Below are positions 7,446 through 16,273 of a DNA stretch of 64,000 nucleotides, piece by piece (positions within the stretch are counted from its first letter, which is position 1; every line of letters starts with the position of its first letter). The notes under the pieces are model-generated. The model worked only from the letters and a program-made list of their open reading frames with translations, was not told where the DNA came from and made no database searches. Both the position numbers and the translations under genes were made by a program. The DNA is taken from the IMG/VR virus record IMGVR_UViG_3300020047_004811, positions 1-64,000 of that record. The stretch is one strand, 5' to 3'. The stretch is from a virus. Its lineage: Duplodnaviria; Caudoviricetes.

Positions 7446-7616
7446 ATGGATATATTTGGACAATGGATTAATGGTAGTGCCGACTGGCATTTCCTTCATC
7501 AAAGAAGAAAAGATAATAGAGTAAGGTTCAATCATTGGACAGATGATGACTGGGATTTACGATCTGAAATAACAAAACACAAATCAGTTAAATTTAAATT
7601 AACTTTGTTATACTAA
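7446..7616 (+). CDS. FxLxL micro-protein family member
   Basis: Manual translation MDIFGQW...VKFKLTLLY (56 aa). Confidence 0.65.
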   Translation: MDIFGQWINGSADWHFLHQRRKDNRVRFNHWTDDDWDLRSEITKHKSVKFKLTLLY

Positions 7617-7644
7617 GCCAACACAAAATAGGGAGGTAGGCTTT

Positions 7645-9117
7645 ATGTCTCTAAATCTTGCAATCGGACAAAATGTAAGAATCAGTTCTGATGTTATTAA
7701 AGAAGGTGCTAAGGATGATGATCTCTTAGGAGAACTAGGTGTCCCCGGATTATTCCGACATCTAACATTCGAGATTCTCAAGCTCGAAAATGATGCTACT
7801 CGTGGGGCGATTGCTATCTGTCGCATAACTAATCCTGAGATACTGAAGACTGTAATTCCGGGGGTTAAGGAAGTCAAATATGAAGGGGAGTTAACGCTTC
7901 TTGCATCTGAACTTGTCTTAGCTAATACCAAAGTCACTCTCGATTATGTTATTGAAACAGCTAAGTCTAAGGATCAGATGATTAAGGAATTGTTTGTTAT
8001 TCGTAAGGCTCTTGAAGCCCGAGGTTTAGACAAACGAAACAAAGAGATGCGAGCTAACTGGAAGGAAATTCAAATCCTTCGAGGTGAGGTTCAAGGTGCT
8101 ATGCCAGCTATTGCAGGGGATGTTACTGTATATCTCCCTAGACAGCGGGTTCGGTTTACGCTTAAACCTAATGAAGTTCCCGGCTCTGACGAAGAATCAA
8201 TTAAGAAGTTCAAGCAACTACTAACCAATAAACTGAGGGGAATAAGATCACAACGTAAGACTAAAACTCTTGAGACTAAAGTCGTATTCGGTATGATGAG
8301 TGTTCAAAAGAGTGGCGGTGTTTATCTTCAAGAACGATCCCTTCTAACAGCATACGAGGAGATGATGAAGACAACATTAGAAACAGACAAAAAACCTATT
8401 GATCCCAAGGCTAATTACGTTGGGATTGAAATTGAGTTTATCTACAGCGGTAAGTATGAGATTCTCAAGAACCTTTTGATTGCCGCTAAACTTCATAAAC
8501 ATATCACATTGAAAGGTGATGGCTCACTTCGTTCTTGTCATAACTACGCAGGAGCTGGACTAGAAATGAACATTCTCTGTAAGACTACAGAGGTTGAAGA
8601 TGTCATGAAGCGACTTGACTCTGTGTTTGCTAACCCAGAGATCGACGGCTATACCAATCGTTCATGCGGACTTCACGTTCATGTGGATGCCCGTAACCGA
8701 GACGTTAAGCTTATGTATAAGAACTTCGTTAGGGTTCAATCAATCCTTCGAGGCTCTCAACCTGTAGGTCGTATTAAGAATACTCACTGTCGTGCAAACA
8801 CAACAGATAAACTAGAAGACCTACAGTCTGGTGGTTCTGGTGGCGGGGGTAATAGATATTGGGTTGTTAACGGTATGTCCTATGACAAGCATAAGTCTAT
8901 AGAGATTCGTATCCATGAAGGTACTGTAAACTGTGAAGACATATATAACTGGGTTGCTTTCCTCGATGCAGTTGCATCACATAAGAAAGAGATTCCTAAG
9001 AATGAACTCAAGTTTGCTGAAGACCTCGTAGCTAAGTATGACATTGACATTCCAGTTAATGCCGTCGACTACGTTGACCGCCGCATTGAACGATTTAATT
9101 CATTATCAATTGCTTAA
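7645..9117 (+). CDS. putative amidoligase (Amidoligase_2-like) with N-terminal extension
   Basis: GIEIEF, DGSL, SCGLHVHVD, RYWVVN, SIEIRIHEGT motifs. Confidence 0.85.
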   Translation: MSLNLAIGQNVRISSDVIKEGAKDDDLLGELGVPGLFRHLTFEILKLENDATRGAIAICRITNPEILKTVIPGVKEVKYEGELTLLASELVLANTKVTLDYVIETAKSKDQMIKELFVIRKALEARGLDKRNKEMRANWKEIQILRGEVQGAMPAIAGDVTVYLPRQRVRFTLKPNEVPGSDEESIKKFKQLLTNKLRGIRSQRKTKTLETKVVFGMMSVQKSGGVYLQERSLLTAYEEMMKTTLETDKKPIDPKANYVGIEIEFIYSGKYEILKNLLIAAKLHKHITLKGDGSLRSCHNYAGAGLEMNILCKTTEVEDVMKRLDSVFANPEIDGYTNRSCGLHVHVDARNRDVKLMYKNFVRVQSILRGSQPVGRIKNTHCRANTTDKLEDLQSGGSGGGGNRYWVVNGMSYDKHKSIEIRIHEGTVNCEDIYNWVAFLDAVASHKKEIPKNELKFAEDLVAKYDIDIPVNAVDYVDRRIERFNSLSIA

Positions 9118-9130
9118 AGGGAGCAAATAA

Positions 9131-10408
9131 ATGTGTAAACTACTAATCATGACCGGGATTACGGAAGGTCGTGTCGCTGAGGAATTTATTCAGCGCATGG
9201 CTATCCCTATGTCTAGGACAAATGCCCATGGTATTGGGTACTCAGCCGTCGCTTCTGACGGTGAGCTATTCTCTGAACGATGGTTGAATAACGAACAGTT
9301 CTTTAGTACAAAAGATGTTATGACTCCAAAGATTGCTAAAACTCTTGAAGCTTATGCAAATCGTTTGCCAGCCGGGGCACTTGATCTTAATTACTCACGG
9401 TTTGGCAAGCTAAACTTTGAAGATGTTCGGACAATTACAATGCATACTCGCTTCGCTACATGTGGTCGAGAGTTTGCTAACACCCATCCATTTATCTATG
9501 AAGATACTTCACTCATTCACAATGGTACAATTCGTAACGCATTCACTTCACATTACTCAACAGGTCTTGATGTAAACAAGATTAGTACATGTGATTCCGA
9601 GGCGGCTTTACAAACGTACCTCTCACAAGGGGTTAACCTTGATACTACGAAAGCTAAGGCATGGCTTGACATGCTGTCTGGTAGCTGGGCTTTTGGTATT
9701 CTTTCACGTAACGCAGCGAATAATCGTGTGCTTGATGTGGTTAGAGGAATGTCTACACTCTACTATATGGAAGTTGATGGACTCGGCAAAATCTTCACGA
9801 CTGATGACGATGATGCGAAAACAGTTATAAAAGATATGAAGCTCACCTTCACTAAAGAACCGGGGCTTGTCAAGATGGATGAGATGTATCGTTACGATGC
9901 AACTACCGGAGAATACTTGGAGAGTGTGGATATCAAACCAGTATACAAGTCGTATGGGAGTGATTACTCAAAGACAAGTGGGAGGACGACTACCGCCGGT
10001 ACTGGGGCGGGGACTACTACGACTAGCAACTCCCAATCAAACAAGACTAGTCGATTCAACGTCAAGAAACCCGGAGAAGCTCTCATGGCTCTGGTTGATG
10101 CTCTTAGGGATGACCCTAATTTCATGGCTAGTATGCCGGATATTTTTACCGTCAATTCTACCAAAGAGAATCTCAACATTGACTTTAGAAAAGTTACAAA
10201 GAACTGTGGCGATCCATCCTATCCTCTCCTCGATCGACTGGACATTTTTGATATGGTGTATGATCGTCAGTATGTTGCTATGTATGAGAAGCTATCTACT
10301 GAGGTAAGAGAGTTCGTCCGTCAAACAGATGCTCGGGAAGGATTCAAGTCAGCTCGTAAGCTTATCGAGTCATTAGATAAGAAGTCACATCTTAGTATTG
10401 TGGGGTAA
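9131..10408 (+). CDS. class II (Ntn) glutamine amidotransferase
   Basis: N-terminal MC, HGIG, HTRFAT, NTHPF, HNGTI, CDSE. Confidence 0.88.
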   Translation: MCKLLIMTGITEGRVAEEFIQRMAIPMSRTNAHGIGYSAVASDGELFSERWLNNEQFFSTKDVMTPKIAKTLEAYANRLPAGALDLNYSRFGKLNFEDVRTITMHTRFATCGREFANTHPFIYEDTSLIHNGTIRNAFTSHYSTGLDVNKISTCDSEAALQTYLSQGVNLDTTKAKAWLDMLSGSWAFGILSRNAANNRVLDVVRGMSTLYYMEVDGLGKIFTTDDDDAKTVIKDMKLTFTKEPGLVKMDEMYRYDATTGEYLESVDIKPVYKSYGSDYSKTSGRTTTAGTGAGTTTTSNSQSNKTSRFNVKKPGEALMALVDALRDDPNFMASMPDIFTVNSTKENLNIDFRKVTKNCGDPSYPLLDRLDIFDMVYDRQYVAMYEKLSTEVREFVRQTDAREGFKSARKLIESLDKKSHLSIVG

Positions 10409-10411
10409 TCT

Positions 10412-10579
10412 ATGAGATTCCGCCAGCTTAAAGCAAGACCTAGAGTTCCTTATTGTTTCATATACTGGAACGATCCTGAGGATAATCACAATGGGATAGA
10501 TGTTCAGGGATATGACGGGGGTTGGATGTGGACTGAGGGTGGAAATAAGCTAAGCTTCAAACTTGAGTTAATCTATTGA
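10412..10579 (+). CDS. FxLxL micro-protein family member
   Basis: Manual translation MRFRQL...LSFKLELIY (55 aa). Confidence 0.75.
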   Translation: MRFRQLKARPRVPYCFIYWNDPEDNHNGIDVQGYDGGWMWTEGGNKLSFKLELIY

Positions 10580-10586
10580 GGTATGT

Positions 10587-10769
10587 ATGATTTTACTTCA
10601 ACGAACTAATCAAGTTGGGATAGTAGAGAATCAACTATATTTTGGATTCCTTATTCCAGAAGAAGACGAAGTACAAACCTTACAAGAAACCCCAATTGGA
10701 TATAGACCATACGATCTAGATAATACTAGACGATGGTGGAGAAACTTTAGACTGGAGCTTATACTATGA
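10587..10769 (+). CDS. FxLxL micro-protein family member
   Basis: MILLQR...RNFRLELIL. Confidence 0.75.
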   Translation: MILLQRTNQVGIVENQLYFGFLIPEEDEVQTLQETPIGYRPYDLDNTRRWWRNFRLELIL

Positions 10770-10948
10770 TTATTCGTCAGCTTAATAATAGTGAGCGCAA
10801 TAATGGAGAGAGTCTATCTCCCTATGATTTTGTTATCAGCGGCGAATATACTAAAAGACAAGGTTACCTACATAATCGTCGTGGTAATGGCTGGCAATTC
10901 AACTATGACACACCACATACTAAATTTATACTGGAGCTTGTCTTATGA
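10766..10948 (+). CDS. FxLxL micro-protein family member
   Basis: MIIRQL...TKFILELVL. Confidence 0.75.
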   Translation: MIIRQLNNSERNNGESLSPYDFVISGEYTKRQGYLHNRRGNGWQFNYDTPHTKFILELVL

Positions 10949-11124
10949 CTATTAGAATACGTCAAGTATTACAGAAACCCAACCCTGATAATAAGAGCTT
11001 TAGTTTACAATTTATTAGGTGGCTGGGTGGGGATGATAGATGGGGGTTAACAAAGAAAGGTGGAGCTTGGAGTTTCAACACTGAAGGTGAAAAGAGTTCA
11101 TTCAAACTGGAGCTTATTAAATGA
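10945..11124 (+). CDS. FxLxL micro-protein family member
   Basis: Manual translation MTIRIRQV...SSFKLELIK (59 aa). Confidence 0.75.
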   Translation: MTIRIRQVLQKPNPDNKSFSLQFIRWLGGDDRWGLTKKGGAWSFNTEGEKSSFKLELIK

Positions 11125-11903
11125 AAACAATGATTGCATATTCAAATCGTTCCTGTGTCACTGGGAAACAAATTCGTGAAGCAATGCGAGCTAAGCGTAA
11201 GCGTACAAGCCGCCGGGCTAAGTGTGATCTATTCATTCGTTGGGGTACAACAGAAGAGTTCCCTAATGTAAGATATAAGAAAGAACTAAACTCGTTAGAA
11301 GCTGTGGTGCGCACAGCAAATAAACTAACGATGCTACAAACCCTACTCAATTCCGGTATAGCTACCCTAGACTTTAGTAGTGACCCTACAATGCTCGACT
11401 CGTTCAGAGATCGGGAGGGTAACGTCTATATCCGGAATAGATTAGGTGTTGTAAGATATGGAAATGACTTTAACCCAGACCGAGACTTATATTACAGTCG
11501 TCCGGTTCGATTTAAACGTCGGGAATACCGAGTCCATGTAGTTAATGGTCGAATCTTGGGAGCATATGAGAAAGTGCCGTTAGTCTCGGCGACCGCAGAA
11601 AATCAAAGTCCTACGGCAGCAGAAAATAGACCTAAGCTTTATAAATCAGACACCTGTAAATTCATTAGGTGCGATCTTCAAGCCGAGGGATGTCGTGTCA
11701 ACGCCGCCGCCCAAGAACTTTGTATAGCCGCCGTTAGATCGTTAGGGCTGGACGTAGGTGGGGTAGACTTAATCCGAGATAAGAACGGAGTCTTTACTGT
11801 TGTCGAAGTTAATAGCGCACCAGGGTTGAATGATCTAAACATCGAGAGATTTGTTCAAGCTATCAGGGAGTTCTATAATGAAGATAGTGTGGTCACAGCT
11901 TAA
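11121..11903 (+). CDS. ATP-grasp amide ligase (RimK/phiEco32-like)
   Basis: REYRVHV, LGLDVGGVDLI, VVEVNSAPGL. Confidence 0.85.
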   Translation: MKTMIAYSNRSCVTGKQIREAMRAKRKRTSRRAKCDLFIRWGTTEEFPNVRYKKELNSLEAVVRTANKLTMLQTLLNSGIATLDFSSDPTMLDSFRDREGNVYIRNRLGVVRYGNDFNPDRDLYYSRPVRFKRREYRVHVVNGRILGAYEKVPLVSATAENQSPTAAENRPKLYKSDTCKFIRCDLQAEGCRVNAAAQELCIAAVRSLGLDVGGVDLIRDKNGVFTVVEVNSAPGLNDLNIERFVQAIREFYNEDSVVTA

Positions 11904-12015
11904 CGATCATGAGATTAACCACGACGATAAGGACACATATAAGTTTATTGAACACGATGAATACTACGACGAAGAGTGGTTTATGTCATTCCGACTAGAG
12001 TTTATAATGGAGTAG
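11878..12015 (+). CDS. FxLxL micro-protein family member
   Basis: Manual translation MKIVWSQL...MSFRLEFIME (45 aa). Confidence 0.7.
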   Translation: MKIVWSQLNDHEINHDDKDTYKFIEHDEYYDEEWFMSFRLEFIME

Positions 12016-12017
12016 CT

Positions 12018-12191
12018 ATGATTATCTCTCAGGTTAGTAAAAAATATTTGCAGCAGAATAGAAGAGTATATACTTTTATACTATATAAAGATAGAGATAC
12101 TTACGGTAAAAGCATACACTCAGATGATTGGTCTAGAATAACAAATAGAACCCCACAATACTACTCCTTCACACTGGAGCTAGTAAGATGA
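12018..12191 (+). CDS. FxLxL micro-protein family member
   Basis: MIISQV...YSFTLELVR; start reassigned to 12018. Confidence 0.7.
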   Translation: MIISQVSKKYLQQNRRVYTFILYKDRDTYGKSIHSDDWSRITNRTPQYYSFTLELVR

Positions 12192-12346
12192 AAACTATAT
12201 CATTCTTACAATTTAATAACCGTAGGAATTATCTTATGCACTCTGATGTATATAGATTCTATCAGATTAGAACCAAAACCGAATTAGGAGGGTATCTACT
12301 AAGCCCATGGTATCAATCCTTTAAACTATCGGTGATATATGAATAG
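12188..12346 (+). CDS. FxLxL micro-protein family member
   Basis: Manual translation MKTISFLQF...QSFKLSVIYE (52 aa). Confidence 0.7.
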   Translation: MKTISFLQFNNRRNYLMHSDVYRFYQIRTKTELGGYLLSPWYQSFKLSVIYE

Positions 12347-12482
12347 GATGTGGGTTCAGTATGGTTGCGCTATGAATCATGATTCTTTCCAGCTTAGATC
12401 GTTTCCAAACGAGCCTTACTTTCCAACTGGTATTGCTAGAGTATACTATACATCATTCTGTTTGAGGTTAATTTATGAATAA
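12339..12482 (+). CDS. FxLxL micro-protein family member
   Basis: Manual translation MNRMWVQY...TSFCLRLIYE (47 aa). Confidence 0.7.
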   Translation: MNRMWVQYGCAMNHDSFQLRSFPNEPYFPTGIARVYYTSFCLRLIYE

Positions 12483-12609
12483 ATACTATGTTCAATATGG
12501 TCGGGCGAGATATAAAGGAAATATGTTTAGGTTCTATAGTACATCTAATAGTAGTATGGGATTTAACCCTAAAGTTACATTCCAATTGAGTTTAGTATAT
12601 GAAGAATAG
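12475..12609 (+). CDS. FxLxL micro-protein family member
   Basis: Manual translation MNKYYVQY...VTFQLSLVYEE (44 aa). Confidence 0.7.
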   Translation: MNKYYVQYGRARYKGNMFRFYSTSNSSMGFNPKVTFQLSLVYEE

Positions 12610-12751
12610 AATGTGGGTTCAGTATAACTTTGATGATTGGTGTCCGGGCAGTGAAAAGGGTAAGTTCCATATGTTCCAAAATGAACCACATTTTCCAACC
12701 AAGTCCAATTTAGAATACTACGGGACATTCGTTCTAAGACTATACTACTAG
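12599..12751 (+). CDS. FxLxL micro-protein family member
   Basis: Manual translation MKNRMWVQY...GTFVLRLYY (50 aa); close paralog of 12339-12482. Confidence 0.7.
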   Translation: MKNRMWVQYNFDDWCPGSEKGKFHMFQNEPHFPTKSNLEYYGTFVLRLYY

Positions 12752-12758
12752 GAGTTAT

Positions 12759-13022
12759 ATGCAATTCATACAATTAGCAGTAAGTCCTGGGGCTGGTATT
12801 CCTGATTCAGATGGTTATTGTTTTGGTCAATTACAACCAGAATCATATAGAGATGGAACTCTCAAATATAAATTCAGATATCACCCTAAGAGTAATGGAA
12901 ATTTGGGTGGATGGAAATGTAACTTGGCTCACAAAACAAGTTTCAAACTAACCCTAACCTTCGAGGAATCATATGGATTACGGAACCCTGATCCTACTCA
13001 TAGTAACTCATATCCTTTTTGA
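12759..13022 (+). CDS. FxLxL micro-protein family member
   Basis: MQFIQL...TSFKLTLTFEE plus tail. Confidence 0.65.
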   Translation: MQFIQLAVSPGAGIPDSDGYCFGQLQPESYRDGTLKYKFRYHPKSNGNLGGWKCNLAHKTSFKLTLTFEESYGLRNPDPTHSNSYPF

Positions 13023-13380
13023 CTTTGTCCTCCAGTCTAGGGATGTCGCCACTAATAAGTCCTCTAATATCAAGTACCTAATCCCACACCTAGTTATACT
13101 AGGATTCGGATTAATGATTTTCACTAAACTCTCTGGACGATACTCTCCAAACCAAGCTATATTATTTGTATGCTGGAACGTAATACTACACGGAGTCATT
13201 GACTGGAATATTTGGAGGGTGTATAAGAGATTGGTATTGTGGCGAACCAAAGGGCAAGCCGACTATGACTACAAGTTCTACGAGGATGGTATGTTCTATG
13301 ACTTCATAGCATACGACCAAGGGTTACACGCACTGTGTTATCTAGGACTTGACTGGACTGTAAGGAGTTTCGTGGTATGA
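12973..13380 (+). CDS. DUF3307-like membrane protein
   Basis: THILFDFVLQS, HGVIDW, DQGLH; several TM helices. Confidence 0.75.
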   Translation: MDYGTLILLIVTHILFDFVLQSRDVATNKSSNIKYLIPHLVILGFGLMIFTKLSGRYSPNQAILFVCWNVILHGVIDWNIWRVYKRLVLWRTKGQADYDYKFYEDGMFYDFIAYDQGLHALCYLGLDWTVRSFVV

Positions 13381-13607
13381 AAAAAGAAGAATGGCATATT
13401 GTTCAACTTGGGGATAATCGACAATGTACTGTCAATGGGGTTCCTGGCTGGCATTATTGTGTCGGTTTTCAAAATCAACACATTCGTTCTGGTAGCAAAC
13501 ACAGGTACACTTGCGCATTAAACGGAGCCCTTGCCTACGGATCACTTAATACTTGGCAAGTTCACCCAGAACATCGAACTAATTTCTCCCTAACTATAAC
13601 CTTCTAG
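13377..13607 (+). CDS. FxLxL micro-protein family member
   Basis: WHIVQL...TNFSLTITF. Confidence 0.6.
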   Translation: MKKEEWHIVQLGDNRQCTVNGVPGWHYCVGFQNQHIRSGSKHRYTCALNGALAYGSLNTWQVHPEHRTNFSLTITF

Positions 13608-13792
13608 GAGGCTATATAATACTATTCATAATACTAATGGTTCTTCTAACCTGTAAACTTCTAACCCCGAGTGTCGCTGGAAATGTATTTCTCCTAGTGA
13701 CCTTGACAATACTAGAGTATATGCTTATAGTATTAGGTATGTTTGTCACTCCAGCGTTTGTATTCTATCTATACTTTTATAAGAGGTGAGCC

Positions 13793-14005
13793 ATGTATTG
13801 CTTTGCCCAAGTAGATCGGTACGATGAGGAAGATGATGATCCTTATACAGGGTTAATTTCTGATCGAGATAAGTTAACATATAAAGATCGCAATCGGATT
13901 GTATCTAACGATGTTTATCCTTTCAAAGAATTTACTAAGTTAGTTAAATCTGATTCAAAGAAAACCACAGATAGAAGTTACAGATTCTATTTAATATTGG
14001 AGTAG
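13793..14005 (+). CDS. FxLxL micro-protein family member
   Basis: MYCFAQV...YRFYLILE. Confidence 0.6.
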   Translation: MYCFAQVDRYDEEDDDPYTGLISDRDKLTYKDRNRIVSNDVYPFKEFTKLVKSDSKKTTDRSYRFYLILE

Positions 14006-14007
14006 CA

Positions 14008-14160
14008 ATGTCTATACAGTATCTACAGTGGAGTCAAGAATATTCAAAACAATTTCCAGAACTTAATTCAATATATAAGATCGGAACGATTAGTAACCCT
14101 GGTCCTCATGCTCCCCATCCTTGGCTAACAAATTTTCGACTTATCTTAATTAAGGATTAA
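14008..14160 (+). CDS. FxLxL micro-protein family member
   Basis: Manual translation MSIQYLQW...TNFRLILIKD (50 aa). Confidence 0.7.
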   Translation: MSIQYLQWSQEYSKQFPELNSIYKIGTISNPGPHAPHPWLTNFRLILIKD

Positions 14161-14162
14161 TC

Positions 14163-14294
14163 ATGTATATTACAACATGGTGTCAGTTTGTTTCCACAAA
14201 CAAAGTAACGCCACTACGACTTGTTCCTGTTTATCATACGATAACTCAGGGACATCCACAAGTTAACACATTTCGCCTAACTCTAACATACTAG
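14163..14294 (+). CDS. FxLxL micro-protein family member
   Basis: Manual translation MYITTWCQF...NTFRLTLTY (43 aa). Confidence 0.7.
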   Translation: MYITTWCQFVSTNKVTPLRLVPVYHTITQGHPQVNTFRLTLTY

Positions 14295-14301
14295 GAACAC
14301 A

Positions 14302-14553
14302 ATGGACAAGCGAGACAAGGTTGCACAAGTCTTGCTCCAACTTAAAGATCAAGCCGACGAACTCCTAGACAGCGATGCGACTTCTGAAATGACTGCCGAG
14401 GAGATTGTAGTATTAGCAACTGAGTTAGTGACTTCTAGCCCAGTGACTACAATAGAATACGGACAACCCATAGCCTCGGTCGATAGATCACAAGTTACAT
14501 TCATGCTAGACGAAGAGTTCGAGTTTCCTTTATATGGAGAAGACGATGATTAG
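14302..14553 (+). CDS. acidic hypothetical protein
   Basis: ORF track; D/E-rich. Confidence 0.6.
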   Translation: MDKRDKVAQVLLQLKDQADELLDSDATSEMTAEEIVVLATELVTSSPVTTIEYGQPIASVDRSQVTFMLDEEFEFPLYGEDDD

Positions 14554-14743
14554 ATATATAAATCAGTTCTCTGGACTAAAAGATACAGATATAGATAGTA
14601 ATATCTTTATGATACATGTTACAGTGAATGGCGCAGACTTTATTAAATATGGTCCGCATACCACCCATTACCCAAGACAAGACTATGAGTTCTTCATTAC
14701 TAAATACAGTAAGAAATTTAAACTAGAGTTAATCTATGACTAG
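14546..14743 (+). CDS. FxLxL micro-protein family member
   Basis: MIRYINQF...KKFKLELIYD. Confidence 0.75.
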   Translation: MIRYINQFSGLKDTDIDSNIFMIHVTVNGADFIKYGPHTTHYPRQDYEFFITKYSKKFKLELIYD

Positions 14744-14981
14744 AATTAAATACATGTCTCAGTATGGTTTGCTATGGACTGACTGGTTTACAGTCGGGCC
14801 AAATATAATTATCCGTGGAGTTATAGATACTACTAACTTTAGATACGAAATCAGAGAGTTTGATTCTAGTATTGTAATGGATGGAACTGGTGACAGTCTT
14901 AGACACTGTAAGGAATTAATCCGACAAGGATTGATAGACTCTGGAGTTAAATTTGACGGAGAGATTAGGAGGCGGTCATGA
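14736..14981 (+). CDS. hypothetical protein
   Basis: ORF track; start overlaps previous stop. Confidence 0.65.
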   Translation: MTRIKYMSQYGLLWTDWFTVGPNIIIRGVIDTTNFRYEIREFDSSIVMDGTGDSLRHCKELIRQGLIDSGVKFDGEIRRRS

Positions 14982-15181
14982 AGTTCTTTCAGTATAGTAG
15001 ATCATCTATATCTTCTGGTGGATGGGATGGCTGCATTGGGCCTTATGTCATAAGTATGTGTGTTGGTAATAAGAGATCGTTTAAGGTTAATAACGTAGTA
15101 GGTACTAGAACTCATAATGAGAGTTGGGAGTACATAGGCAATCCTTGGCGCACGTCATTCAAGCTTGAGCTTATCTATTAG
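14978..15181 (+). CDS. FxLxL micro-protein family member
   Basis: MKFFQY...TSFKLELIY. Confidence 0.75.
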   Translation: MKFFQYSRSSISSGGWDGCIGPYVISMCVGNKRSFKVNNVVGTRTHNESWEYIGNPWRTSFKLELIY

Positions 15182-15324
15182 ACCTATCCTTAAGTAAATC
15201 TTCCAGATATATATGTTTTACTATGCAGGCTTCAAACTCATTCCTAGTTGTTACATGTAGTCCGAGAGGTTGTCAACAACTATTTTCAATTAAATTCAAT
15301 ATACTAATAATTACTAGAGGTTAC

Positions 15325-15531
15325 ATGAACAAGATATACTTCCAGTTTTCCGACGACTCGTCTGACGAGAACCTAGAGTTTATGTACTTAAATCCTATAA
15401 GTGTATATTACGAAAGGGTTGACATGCACAATCCCCCAGGAGAAGCCAGTACCTACGAGGACGAACAAGAACTAAAAGATAACTTCGATGGTCAACTAAA
15501 CTCATTCCGACTGGAGTTAGTATATGAATAG
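15325..15531 (+). CDS. FxLxL micro-protein family member
   Basis: MNKIYFQF...NSFRLELVYE; start reassigned to 15325. Confidence 0.75.
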   Translation: MNKIYFQFSDDSSDENLEFMYLNPISVYYERVDMHNPPGEASTYEDEQELKDNFDGQLNSFRLELVYE

Positions 15532-15700
15532 TTTTTATGTATTCCAGTGGAGAGAAGGAAGTATGTGTACAACTCTAAAAGACGGAACTTACAAATATAA
15601 AGATGATAATGGGCGAACCTGCGAATATTTACACCTTGGGATAGCAAACATCAATACTGAATATACAAGGTTCAAACTTGAGTTAATCTATGACTCTTAA
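15524..15700 (+). CDS. FxLxL micro-protein family member
   Basis: Manual translation MNSFYVFQW...TRFKLELIYDS (58 aa). Confidence 0.75.
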   Translation: MNSFYVFQWREGSMCTTLKDGTYKYKDDNGRTCEYLHLGIANINTEYTRFKLELIYDS

Positions 15701-16271
15701 AAACTTATACTCAGTATACTACAACGACTCAACTCTAGATCAAGAAACTATAGACTTCATTAAAACTTGGCATTACTCCAAGTCAGCTCGCTCCCTTCAA
15801 CAAAAACATGTATTCAAACTTGTAGATAAAACTACAGATAGACTTATCGGGGTTGCTATCTACGGCAACCCTATGTCTAGGCATCACAAGGATATCCTAG
15901 AGTTGCGTAGGCTGTGCTTGATTGACGACACCCCACGTAATACTGAGAGCTGGTTTATCTCCCGAACCCTTAAATGGCTCGGGGCTAACACTGACTATAC
16001 TTCAGTAATATCCTTTGCTGATCCTAATCACGGACACGCTGGCACTATTTACAAAGCCAGTAACTTCGAGTACACTGGACTTGAGGACAACGGAAATCCT
16101 AGGGTTGTTCAGTATGGTGATAAGCAATATCACATACGACAATACTATCAAAAGAAGGGTGGGGATTACTCGCCCGATGCTTTGAAACTACAAGCCGCAG
16201 TTAAGTCAGGGGAAGCTGAGATTATAAAACAAGAACGCAAACATAGATATATGTATTACTTGAGGAGCTGA
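15690..16271 (+). CDS. mom: Mom-like GNAT DNA adenine-modification enzyme
   Basis: WHYS, GVAIYG.P, ELRRL, NTESWFIS, ISFADP..GH.GTIYKASNF.YTG. Confidence 0.8.
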   Translation: MTLKNLYSVYYNDSTLDQETIDFIKTWHYSKSARSLQQKHVFKLVDKTTDRLIGVAIYGNPMSRHHKDILELRRLCLIDDTPRNTESWFISRTLKWLGANTDYTSVISFADPNHGHAGTIYKASNFEYTGLEDNGNPRVVQYGDKQYHIRQYYQKKGGDYSPDALKLQAAVKSGEAEIIKQERKHRYMYYLRS

Positions 16272-16273
16272 GT

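Noticed and set aside
9801-9820. CTGATGA...GAAA inside the GATase gene
   Set aside because: No stem II pairing and no flanking stems; explained by coding for TDDDDAK.
11121-11903. ATP-grasp protein as the RNA ligase for ribozyme products
   Set aside because: It has RimK-type amide-ligase motifs, not the KxDG nucleotidyltransferase or RtcB motifs.
10556-15691. Integron attC sites or CRISPR repeats as explanation of the micro-ORF repeats
   Set aside because: Repeats are degenerate, coding, irregularly spaced and not palindromic; no integrase or cas operon. The Cas4-like gene is a stand-alone phage exonuclease.
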